NCBI GenBank assembly: GCA_001179505.1
Contig: CDMY01000366.1
Coordinates: forward strand, 248,001-312,000
From: Vitrella brassicaformis CCMP3155
Lineage: Eukaryota; Protista; Chromerida
Direction of reading: 5' to 3'
DNA: 64,000 bases
Shown piece after piece: positions 38,150 through 49,962 of this stretch; the first letter of the stretch is position 1, and each line of letters begins with the position of its first letter. The translations under genes were made by a program, and so were the position numbers. The notes under the pieces were generated by a model. That model was not told where the DNA came from and made no database searches. It was given only the letters and a program-made list of their open reading frames with translations.

Positions 38150-38614
38150 AAGCTCGCATGAAGCGACTAGAGGATTGAACGAATGGCTCGGGTGCACTGG
38201 CAGCGCTGGACGGTCCCGAGTAGGTGCTGTGAGGTGAAATCGATGGGTTGGTGCATTGCGCCGCACAACGCTGTTTCATCTCAGTGACACGTGATCATTA
38301 AGTAAGACTGGCATTACAGTGTCACCAGACAAGAGCCGGTTGCGAAAGCGTCCCTGTCATGGGGGAAGGAACGGTTGCGAAAAGGAGGCAGATCGTCGGA
38401 TCGTCCAGACGAGAGATAAGCTCGCAAGCGACGAGAGGATTGAACGAATGGCTCGGGTGCACTGGCAGCGCTGGACGGTCCCAAGTAGGTGCTGTGAGGT
38501 GAAATCGATGGCTTCGTGCGTTGCGCCCCGCAATGCTGTTCATCTCAGTGACACGTACTGCAAGCACACTGAGCTCGTGTGATCATTAACGAGACTGGCA
38601 TTGTGTCGCCAGAC
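38150..38614. repeat. Imperfect direct repeat of about 180 bp (copies ~38150-38330 and ~38418-38614) upstream of FCF2
   Basis: Core GAGGATTGAACGAATGGCTCGGGTGCACTGGCAGCGCTGGACGGTCCC(G/A)AGTAGGTGCTGTGAGGTGAAATCGATGG is present twice with one mismatch. The flanks align with indels. Confidence 0.95.
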
Positions 38615-39326
38615 TCCATACACTCACGCACCTCTCCCTCTAGCCGTATGTGGGATGCATAGAGATGACAGTCTGCGTGCAAATGCGGCGGGGAGGATGC
38701 ATGCACTCACACAGACATCACATGCCGTCCCCCTGTCAAAGCCGCTCTTGCTCGTGTCAGAATCGTTCGCAGATCAATCACCAGGAAGCCGCCCCGCAGG
38801 TGTAGACAAATACAGGAATAGAGAAGCCATGCGATCAGACAACAGGTATGCACAACTTGGAGAGATAGAGCATATTATGCAGTTGCAACACAGGGACTGG
38901 ACTGGACATCTAGGCGACTCGGCAATCATACAGTCATACTACACCTCTCCCCCCTCCGGGCTCTGTGCACCCACGTTGACCAGCAGCCCCTTTCACTGGG
39001 CTGACAGGCTGCGTAAGGAGGACGGAGCCTAGAGGAAGGGGACGCGCAGACATGACATCACTAACCAAGCTGCTGGTCATCCATCAACACGGACACACAA
39101 AAAGGCCATGCCCTCGTGTGCATCTATACCTATCCATGCAGACAGAAAGCTCGATCCAGTCAGTTGAGCCCATTTCCGGCAACCCCGCAGCTAGGTGAGG
39201 TGACGCACAGACATTCCTCACCCCACACCAGCTGCCAGTCAGTCATGGGCAGCACCAGAGGCCATACTGCACGTATGCTCACAAAAGAGAATGGACGACA
39301 CAAAAAGTTGTGCACAGCGGTCTGCG

Positions 39327-40804
39327 TCAGTTGGCCTCGAGGAGCTGTCGGATGCATGGGTCCTCACTGGTGGGTGCGGGGCAGGTCTTGATGGCGTCGT
39401 TGGCCATGGCGTCGGCCATGTCGTTGCCGGGCACTCCCGTGTGACTGTACACGTGGACGAACCGCAGCATCACCGGACCCATGCTCTGACGCTCCCACGA
39501 CACACACACACACACGCACACACACAAACCGATGGGTGTGGTGTAAGCCTTGGGTCGACTGATGGTACGGATTGATGATTCGAACACACCTGCACGAGCT
39601 TGTCGAGTGCCTTGATCAGGTCCTGGTTCTCGACAGCCAGCACAACACAACACATGGGAGGGGGGCATCGGTCTGGCTCGTCTCGTTGCGTCTGCATGAC
39701 CTGGTTGTTGGCGTTGCGCCATCCGTTCTGCTTCCACTTGGGCGTCCACTCCCAGACACACTTGATGGCATACTCCGAGTCAGAATACAAGACAATCGGG
39801 CAAGACGCCAGAGGCCCTTGACTGCAAACACACACACACACGTGTCGATGAAGTGTCCGCTCCATCCTTCCCTTCCGTGGGCACCTACCGGTATGCGTGC
39901 AGCGCCTTAATGATGGCGAACAGCTCCGCCCGCTGGTTGGTCTGGCGGCCGTACAGCCGACCTCTACAAACACATAATGAATGCACACAGAGAGAGAGCC
40001 AAGTGAGCAGCCGCATGGCAGGAACAGGCCTTGCTTCGTATGCGCTCGAAGGCACCGTACCTGCCCTCGACCCCCTCGCCCGGCGCCACAAACGACCAGC
40101 CAGCCTGTGCGTTCGGTTGGCCGTTGTTGATGCACGCACCGTCCGTGAAGACGTAAGCGAAGTGAGGGAGGGGCTTGACGTGAAGAGTCATTGCAGGGCC
40201 CCGGCCGCCGAAGGTGATGTTCCCGCCTGCCGCCATGATCCATCCACCACCAATGATGGCCTGCAGCAATGGCATCCATACGTCGAAAGAAGCTTCCTTC
40301 GTGCGTGCGGTGACTGAATCGACTCCCTCCCTGCCCACCTGCACTCGCTCGTCGCCGAAGAAGTGTCGGTCCTCGACGACAATGGCCGTGAGGGGGATGC
40401 CATTGCCATTGGCTGCATTCGACACACGAGCCGTCACAGTGGCTATCGGACACATGAGCCCGCCTCCGTGACACTGAATAGGGAAGGAAAGACAGAAACC
40501 GGTCGCTGGCTGCGCGAGCGGTCATCACAGCACCACGTACTGCACCACCCACCTGCACGTTGACACGGTCCATGTCTTTGCGCAGCGGGTGGAGGTGCTT
40601 TGTGTTGAGCCATGTGGGAAGCGCCTCCCTCGAGAAGACAGTGCAGCCGCCGCCGGTGCTGACGAGACAGCGGATCTTGGAACCGCCCGAGAAGATGACC
40701 TCGCCGAGCATATCATCAGGAAAGTTCTCTCCGGCGACCAGCAAGCCGCCAACAGTGGAGCTCATAGAGTACGGAGCCGGGCCGTAATCGGTGGTCCCTG
40801 ACAT
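39327..40804 (-). CDS. RNASEH1: RNase H1 (eukaryote-type RNase HI) with an N-terminal degenerate retropepsin-like domain; about 5 introns
   Basis: VFTDGACINNG..AQAG, QTNQRAELFAI, YSDSEYAIKCV.EW..KWKQNGW, ENQDLIKALD, FVHVYSHTGVPGNDMADAMA: all four acidic catalytic residues plus the His are present. N-terminus KIRCLVSTGGGCTVFSREAL...VQVGRE resembles the retropepsin consensus. Confidence 0.85.
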
Positions 40805-41302
40805 GGCGCAGGAAAGCCCAGACAAAAAGAGCCGCAAGGAACGGTTGGGAAGAGGAATCGTCGAGACGACGAATGAAATAATGGAACAGAGTCAAAATCG
40901 GTCCCGTATTGGCCACCGTGCAGTGAAGTGGTGTTCATCATCAAGGGCAGCAAGCGGTTCACCTACTGCGCCGAGTAAGGCAATGGAGTGAATGCACAAC
41001 CGCCGGTGATGAAGAGCCGCACATCAAACACGATGACCATCCATCCATCGATTCATCCATCGGTTGAGAGGGACAGCCAACAAAACCAAGCCAAAACCTC
41101 GCTCACAGACACACCCACGTACGGCAGACAGGCAAGCATCGCAAGTCACACAAGGAAAGGGGCGGCCAGCCACTCCTCACTTCCAGATCCATCCATCCAT
41201 CCACGCACCATCAGGAAGCGCATGCATCACGCAGCAAACAGGCGTTGTTCAGCTACAGTGGCTAGGTAGTGAGGGTATGGCTGGCTGGTCCTGGCTAAGC
41301 GG

Positions 41303-44300
41303 CTAGAGAGGTCGGTCACTGCCTCCTGTGCGTGACGTGGTTCTTAATGTGTGGTTGTTGTGCTGAGGCGTGCCGATGGGAAACAGTTCCGGCCCGACCA
41401 CGGGGTGGGCCGCCTCTTCGGCAGCCCGCTCCTCCTTCTCGGCCTCACCAGCGTCATACATACGGTCCTACACACACGCACACATATGGATGGATGGATG
41501 GGCACACAGCCAGATAGATGGGCATGGTCGGCTAGTGGTGTGTACCAGAGGTTTGATTTTGATGTCTGCGTATGGCTGTTCTTGTTTGACGTCGATGAAG
41601 CCCTTGGTTCTGAGCACCAGCAGCTCGAAGAACCCTCGGGCCACCTGATCGACCGATGCAACAGCACAGGTGTGCAGCAAGTGTGCTGCTGTGTGCTGGG
41701 GTGCTCGCTGCCCGACTGACCGTTTCGCGATTCATGCCCTTGCAGACTTTCTTGAATGAGAGGTCGCCGTCCTTAGCCTTGCTCTTGTCGGCCATCTCCT
41801 TCAGATACATCATCATCTGACCCACCACACACAGCACAGAGCAAAATCGACCACATGTTTGCATTCTCATTACGCGTGCGTGTGTCGGTTTCTTACACAC
41901 CTTGGTGGTGTTTCTGGAGTATCCGATGAAGTTCTGCTGCTGGCTGTTTTGCTGCTCCGACTCGCGGCGCTCCAACACACCCTCCGGCCCCTGACGCAAC
42001 ACATCAGCTAATCCACCACCATCACCTACTGCAAAAGCACCAACAAGCAACAACAAGCACATGAAAGGACGGGCGGACGGACGTCTGCTTGGTGGCATTT
42101 ATAACACACTCACCGTGGTCCTCCGGGTCTGATGGCTGTCCGTCCATCTCCTCCTCGTTGCGGCCAGGAGGGGCGGGAGGGGCCGCCGCGGCAGCAGCAG
42201 CGTCACCATCAGCTTCAGGCTCAACACCTGGACACATACATGACAGACAGACAAGGGGAGAAGAATGCAACCTAAAGCTGCTTGGCTTGCTGTGCGGATA
42301 ATGCTGCCGCTATGTTATTTACCGTTCTGCATCGGCTCCTCCTGGTCCTCATGCTCACTGCAGACAGCAGAGAGGACCACAACCACGAGAGCACCTTTCG
42401 GTCTGCGTGCGTGTGTGTTGCATGTTGTGTGTTGTGTTTTGTGCCTACCGCAGGTCCTCCAGTCCGGCGGGCATGAAGTCGCCCAGGTCTATGTCCTCCG
42501 CGCCCTTCATGTCCATCTCGTCGTCCAGCGGCTCCTCCTTGGCCGCACCGCCTGACGGGATGTAGCCCTCCAAACGACGCCTACATGAAACACACACACG
42601 CACAACAAAGACACACGGATACAGGGGGTGTGTAGGTGTGTGAGGTGATGTGATGTGATGTGGTCTGGTGGCCTGTGTGTACTTCTGTCCTGCGTTGATG
42701 CGTTTCAGGAGCCTCGTCAAACGCTTGCCCAAACCTGAACGGCAGGCACAGACGGACCGAAATATGAGCATGCGGGCAGTCGTGTCCATCGCCCCCCTGT
42801 GTGTCTCACTGATCTCCATCATGTGACGTGCTGACCGTGTATGTGTACGGGTATGGGTGGCATGAGGTCGGGGTCGATGGGGTAGGGCGGGTAGCTCCGG
42901 TCCAGGATGTCGTCACGGTTCTGTATCCAGTCCTCCGTCACGCTGCCCACGCACAGACGGACATCACACACACGAGGGGTGCAGAGCGAGCGTGTGCATG
43001 TGTGTGTGTGGTTTGCGCACGTACGCTTGGGTCAGCATCGTGGTGGAGTCGACTTTGGTGGGCTTGTGGCGGTCGACTTTGGTGGGCTTGTCGCGGCCGC
43101 CTCCCTTCTGCTTCTGCTTAGCCGCGCCGCCCTCAGCCACAACATCGCCGTCACTACACACACCACACACAGCACCAAGTGTTCTCTTCTCCCTCTCTCT
43201 CCCTCTGCCCATGATAGGGTGTGCTGTGCTGTGCGTACACTTCTTCATCCTGGTCTAGTCCCAGATCCTTCCAGAACTCGGGCTCGTTCTCGAGGGGCGG
43301 AGGCGAGTCGTCCAGACCACCATACATGTCCGCACCGTCGAGGTCGGGCGGCGCCATGTCCTGGAAGCCATCCTGGTTGGCCGACATGGGAGGCAGCTCG
43401 CCATCGCCTTCGCCGCGACCAGCAGGAGACTGAACACATGGGAAGCACACATGGGTTGACCGTGTGGTGTTCTTCGTGTGTGGTGTGGTGTGGTGTGGTG
43501 TGGTGTACCCTGCGATGTGCGGTGGATCCGGGAGGGGCCTCTGAGGGCGCGCCTTCCCCTACGTCGCCAAACACATCCGCATCCTGACACCGACACACAC
43601 AAGAGAACACGGATCAGAGGATGGCCCATCGTTCTGGGTGAAGTCTTTGGCTGGCGTCACGTCACCTGCAGGTCCTGCGCGGCCGCAGCTGCAGCAGCCG
43701 CCTCGCCACGAGGACGCTCTATGTCTATGTCCATCTGTATGTACATATTGATAGACACACATGACCAATACGCAGTTCATTTGGTCTTCTCATCTGGCTT
43801 ACGGCGTTGTCACCCTCCCCTCCGATGCCCTCCTGCCCTCCGCCTTCGCCGCTACCGCCACCACCACTCGCACCGTCGAGCACCTGACCAAAGCACCGAA
43901 GGGATCCATGCATGCTGCGTGTTGTGTTGCATTGTCCCATCTTGCCCACCCACCCACCGGTCCTGCATCGGGTGCTGGGGGTGATTCGCCCCCCTCTGGC
44001 TCTCCAGCAGGGGCGGCATCTGCGTCTGCATCCGCATGTGCGGCAGGCGCGGGCGAAGGTGTGCGGGGGGCGGGAGCAGCGTCCAGGTCTCCCAGTCCAT
44101 CCAAGTCACCACCCATTCCGAACTCGAAACCACCAATGTCGTCAACACCCATACCACCATCCTCAAACTCATCTGAGCACCGCAAGGTAGGTAAAGCGGG
44201 GGGTCAGGTGCGTCCATGTCTGTGTGTGTGTGTGTGTGTGTGGTCCGGTCCTCACTCCTGGGCAGCATGTTCATGTCGTCTAGGCCGCCCAGCAAGTTGT

Positions 44301-45178
44301 CGTTGGCCTGGTCCGCCAGAGCGATGTTCGCACGCTGACCACCACTGAACCATCACCAACCACACAGACGAGAACACCGCATAACCACCACAGAACACAC
44401 AGCGGGGGCATTGTGCGTGGTGGTGGTGTTGTGACTACCGTGTGGCCGGTGTGGGTAGATTGGGCTGGTCGGGCACGTCCTCGAACACGTCCTCGCCGTC
44501 GAAGGGCTGCGTAGGGCCACCCAAATCCGGACCACCAATCGCACTGACACGCACACCAGACAGACACAAGACATCCATCCATCAATCTTCCGCAGCGATG
44601 GTGTGTGCTCTGTCTGTTGCTGGCTGTGCGCACTCACCGCATCTCATCGTCTTGCTCTTGCTGTCGCGACGTGGCATCCTTACGGCCGCGCTTCTCGCCA
44701 TCCTTGTCGCCGCGAGACTCGTATTGCTGACACACACCAAACACACACGATGGCCAAGAAACACCATGTGATGAGTGGAGAGGGCGGGTCAGATGACGCA
44801 GTCAGTCACCTACCTGGTTGAGCTTGTGGAGCATGTCGATGCACTCCTGAGAGGAGAGGAGGCAAATGCATAGATCCGCACAGACGCAGTCATCCTCCGC
44901 CTGTTTCCTCTCCCCCCTTCATTCGATTTGCCATTGTGAATGCGTACCGCTTCGTGGTAGACCGTTTTTGCGAGGAAGAGCCTGGATACGCCGATGAGTG
45001 CGCTGCTGGTGAGTCTGAGGCTGCTGGACACGCCGGAGGGGTCGCTGAGGAGCTCCTCGATGGCGAGTCCGATGTCGACATCCTGCACCTCGCGCTTCTT
45101 GAGCTTCTTGTCCGACTGGAACGCCGCCACCCACACCGGCGTCAGCGACTTGTTGCTCGTGAAGTTCAACGAGTTCAT
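41303..45178 (-). CDS. RAD21: Rad21/Rec8-family alpha-kleisin cohesin subunit; multi-exon
   Basis: N-terminal KSLTPVWVAAF..KKLKKREVQDVDI...SLRLTSSALIGVSRLFLAKTVY. C-terminal winged helix RETVSRGFFELLVLRTKGFIDVKQEQPYADIKI. Acidic/Pro-rich centre. RAD21 versus REC8 is not resolved. Confidence 0.85.
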
Positions 45179-45420
45179 GACGGTCACTGACGCTGATGCG
45201 ATGGCTGGCTATCAAAGAGGGGTGCAACCAACAAAGTGATGGAAAATGTCTGGCGCCCCTCGCTCAGCCCATCCTTTCGTGCGCGTCAGACGCGAGGGGA
45301 AAAGCGATCGTTTTGGCTCGGTTTGACGTTTCTGGCTCGCATTCTCCTCGCAAACGCCTCCATCCTTCCTCCTCGTGCCGTCAGCGCACGCCTGCCTTCC
45401 CTGTCATCTCATTTGTTGCA

Positions 45421-47733
45421 ATGGATGCCAAGTTGATGGATGCTCCCATGGACGGCAGCAGCGCTGAGCCAACGTCAAGCCTCACCGCAGAGGACGCCCC
45501 ATCGCTGTTCGCCAAGTTCAACGTGGAGGGCAAGCTTGGCGAAGGTTCGTACGGCTACGTCGTCAAGTGCTCGACCAAGGCCAGCACCAAGAAGAGCACC
45601 AAGAAGAAGAGCACCAACAAGCGGCTGGGAGATTGGCAGGGCAAGCAGGATTCCAAGGCGGTCAAGGTGCAGATCTTCCACCAAGACATCAGCAAGTACC
45701 AGGTGGGTGGGTGCAAGAACAAGCAAACAACGGATCCGACGACTCATTCATTCCATCGATCATCATGCTTTGTCTTTCGTCCTCAACAGCTGCGTGACGC
45801 TGCCATCTGTCGCTACCTGAGCGGCCATCCCAACCTCGTCAGCTTCGACAGCGTGTGGACGGGGGAGGGCATCTGTCGCGTGCAGTCGGAAATGTCAAGT
45901 GGGGTGGACTCGCATCTGTCGTGCGAAGGGCTGTGGCGTGCCGAACACTGCAAACACCTATACATGGCAATGGAGTGAGTAAGAACGCAGCCAGCCAGCC
46001 AGACAGACAAAGAACACAGGGACGCAAGAATGCGACTGGGACAGGCAGGGGGCTGTCTGTTGTTTGTATCTTTGTTTGTTTGTTTGTGTGCACAGGTTGG
46101 CTGAGACAGATCTGTACAAGCATCTGCACACAAAGAAGCTCAAGCGTATCGGTCGTCACGTGGTCACGGTCCCCGACAGACGCATCTGCCTCTCGCCCAA
46201 GGAAGTCAAGAGAATCATGTACCAGGTACGGAAGGACAGACCGGAAGGAGCCCGCCTTGTCCGTCTTGCGGAGTCTGTGTGTTGTCTGTCCTTCCTTCGT
46301 CGCTTGTGTCAGTTGCTGTTGGGTTTGGCGTACATGCAGACCAAGGGCATCATCCATCGGTCGCTCGTACACACAGGATGTGTGGGGAGCGACCATGACC
46401 TGTCTGTGTCTGGTTTGTGCAGCGACCTCAAGCCCGGCAACATTTTGATGTCGGGCAAACGTGTGATGATCACGGACTTCGGCCACTCTCGCCTCGTGAC
46501 CGGCACACACGACCCCATCAGCCACTCGGTAGGCACATGAATGAGGAAAGACATGCACAACGAACACACACAGACGGACAAACGCGTGATTGATGCCCTT
46601 GTGTGCATGTGTGATGGGCAGAATCCATACTTCCTAGGCACGCCAGGCTATCGCTGCCCTGAGCTCATCCTCGGCGCCAAGAACTGTGAGCCAAATATGA
46701 GAGCAGGACACAACACAGTTCTTCGCCTGTGGACACGTCTCTTCTGTGTGTGTTGGGTATCAGACGGCACCAAGGTGGACATGTTCTCTGCTGGCACCAT
46801 TTTGATGGAGATGGCTACAGCCCGGAAGCCATTCAGCCACCTGGGCAGCGACTACGGCTCCCTCATCATGATGTTTCAGCTGCTGGGCATGCCACCCCAG
46901 GACAGGGTCAAACAAATGGACTTCGTCGGGAAGGTGCGCACATACTCCCTCCCTGAGGTTCCCTCCCTCCCTCCCTCCCTCCCTAAATGACACACCACAC
47001 CCGACCTCCCCTCTCCCCATACACCCTTTCTCTTTCTCCCTTTGCAGAGCCACGCGTTCCCGCGTCTGCTGCCCAAGACGAAGTCGCAGGTGCGCCAGGC
47101 CCTCGACGCACTATGTGACGGCAAGAACAAACTCACCGACGGCCAATTCAGTCTGCTCTACGAGTAAGCCAAGCCACCAGCACAAGGAGGGAAGGGGCAG
47201 GCGGAACACGCAAGTGTGGTCTCTTCTGTGTGCTGTGTGTCAGCCTGTGGCGCGTTGATCCAGCCGAGCGCATCTCTGCCATTGAGGCCATCAACCACCC
47301 CTACTTCGACGACCTCGACAAGACGGTGAGATGGATGAAGGGTCGGCATTTGATGCACTCACTGACTGACTCGTCGCCCATTTCCATATGTGCACACAAG
47401 AAGAGTGCCTTCTGCACCGCATCCTCATCCTGTCTCTCTGTCCCCCCGTCCCGTTTCCTTCATGTGCAGCGATACGCCCACTGGGCCCACGACCTCGGCG
47501 CCGCGTTCGATGAAGACGGCCACACCGCCTTCTCTGCAGCAGACGCAGACGACAGCACCAACCCCTCCACCGCCGCCCCGGGCCAGCAGCAGAATCAGTA
47601 CAACCTGCGAGAGCGGCTGAAGCGGCCATCGCCGTACGACGGCACCGTCAAGTCCATGTTCAAGACACCACCAGCCAAGAAGAGGCGCACCACGCATTAC
47701 GCCAACGCTCCCAGCCGCCCCAAGAGAGAATGA
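45421..47733 (+). CDS. CMGC/CDK-like Ser/Thr protein kinase (divergent); multi-exon
   Basis: LGEGSYGYV, AVK, HPNLV, LYMAME, spliced HR|DLKPGNIL, ITDFG, GTPGYRCPELILG, KVDMFSAGTIL, DPAERISAIEAINHPYF. Confidence 0.85.
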
Positions 47734-47866
47734 GAGGAGCAATGTGTCTGCATGTGATGACTTGCCCGTTAATACATGCAATTCATCGCACGTGAATGGA
47801 TTCAGCCCCCCGTGAACTCAAATCTCTTGAGCTCGCTTCTCGATCGCAGCCAAGGAGCGCAATGCC

Positions 47867-49962
47867 ATGTCTAAGGGCAGACCAGCGCCGTCCCGTTCAT
47901 TCTCACGAAGAACGACGACATTCGTCGAACCTCATGCGCCAGCCGCAGAGGAGGGCCCTGTTCGTTCGTTCATCGCGCTGCCGACTGTCACACGAGAGCT
48001 CTCGCCTCTTCCCTCTTCGTCTGAGTCAGACGATATTTTCCTCTCGCCGCCAGGGAAGCGTACAAGACAGCGGAGAGGCCGCCCACAGCTGCTGACCCAG
48101 GAGAGGAGGTCAAGGAGGGATCATCGGACAGTGTTTCGCAGCCTGCGCGACGCCCGCATTTATGAGGGTGCGGCATGGCGTCTGGCGTTCGCCCTGTTGC
48201 CGCATTTCCATCGCTCGGCACGGTGTGCGTGGAGTGCACTGCCCTTTTGTAGCCCTCGCAAGAAGACAAGCCGGCACTGCAGGGAGCCCGACAGGGAGTC
48301 GCTGCCCTTCGTGCTGCTCGGTTTGGCGTTCAAGACTCTGCAGACGGCATGGGCTGACCTGAAGAGGGCTGGCGTTGCAGTGAGACCACATCTGGATAGG
48401 CGGCTGGAGGGTGGGATGGCAAAGGCGCCGCTGGTGCGGACACTTCGGCGGTTGGTGGAACGGACGGAGGGAGAGGTTTTTTGGGTGCTCGATGGCTGCG
48501 AGAAGACGCGATTGAAAGATCAGGTGAGGCGGCGGAGAGGGAAAGGTGCAGCACCTTGATCCATGGACACGTGCCTTGCCATTGTCTGCATGCAGGTATC
48601 TGTGCGTGACACACTTCTGAGTGAGGCTGCCGGTCGCTTTGCCGAGTGGACAGGGCGCTTTGGGCGGGTGGCTGGCTGTCTTCTCCTTCGCTCTGTGCTG
48701 CTCAAGGCCACTCTCAAGCTGCGCACTGGGGCCCTGACTATATTGATGAGGCACACGTGGGCTCAGCGTGGGAGCATCATTACGACGGCGCGGACGGACG
48801 AGCCCAAGAGCAGCAGGAGCCGGGGGCAGGGGCTGAGGGATCGCGCATTGCCCCTGGTTGAGGGGAGGGTGCCCATCCCTCAGTCGCCCGGTGATCTGCA
48901 CCCGCGGCTTGCTAGCAGGATACTCTCTCAGCTCGGTCCTCGCAGGCAGACGGACACCGACGGGTAAGGACAACAGAGCAACACACTGGCGGGTGGTCGT
49001 ACATGGTCCGCCTGCCCCATGTTGCTGCAGGTCTCCGGTGCACATCCGCCCCGTCCCTGGCCTCGACCCTGCCCCGTCATCTCCCCCAGATGTCCACACC
49101 GTGCCCAAGGTCCGCCCGTCATCCTCTTCGCCCCTCTCGCCACTTCCCGTCCCACCTGACGTGGGCATGCGGCTGAAGGTCTCTCCCCGCCTGACAACGC
49201 CCCCGCTGACCCTCGGCCCTCCCATGATGGAGGCGGAGAGGGAGTCGGCCAGGAGGGCGCTGAGGAGTGGCACATCGGGGTGGCCCAGCTGGGTGGCCAC
49301 ATCGGTCGGCAGGAAGGAGGAGGCTGTGGCGGTGAGTGGAAAAAGGGATAGAGGGGCTTGCTTGCTCACCACGACTGGAGCCACGAACGACGTGCAGACA
49401 GGTGGGACAGTGGACAACAGATTCGTCCGTCTGTGCAGCACGAAATTACTACCCCTTCTGTGTGCCTCTATCTTCAGGTTGTCATCAGCGACTTGGCCCA
49501 TCGACGCAACGGTACGGCGACGATGTGCAGCAGCCTGTTGCCGGCGTGTCCATCGAGCCTCACCCAGCACGGTTTCTCCCAGAGCGTCTCTTGCAGAAAG
49601 GCCTCATCTACACCGACTCTCGGCCCCCATCACCATCACCACTGGTGTCCTCGCGCCTCCCAACGGCCCGCAAACCGCTCACAACATCTGTCCCCTTCTC
49701 CCCCAACCTGAGCGAGCCGCCATTGACTCTCAGGATGGTCAACAGACCGCTTGCCGCCAGTCCCGCCCCCAGTGAGCCTATGCGGCCGCTGTTCACATCG
49801 CTTCCCTTGTCTGTTGGCCGGCGACGTGTCGACGGTGCGTCGCCTAGGCGACTGGAGGACAAGGGTGTGTGGGGTGAGGGGTCGCCGTCGAGGGCTGGGC
49901 GGAGAGACGAGAGGGCAGAGCAGAGCTTGCGGATGAGCTGCTCGGTGAGGAGCGAGTTGTAG
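47867..49962 (+). CDS. Hypothetical protein; multi-exon, boundaries uncertain
   Basis: ATG 47867 with AGCTCGC just upstream. Frame-consistent GT-AG joins at about 48525/48597 and 48964/49031. Arg/Pro/Ser-rich; no recognisable domain. Confidence 0.4.

Noticed and set aside
39327-40804. Active LTR retrotransposon (protease + RNase H)
   Set aside because: No reverse transcriptase, integrase, gag, LTRs or target-site duplication is visible. The gene has several spliceosomal introns and the protease-like motif lacks Asp.
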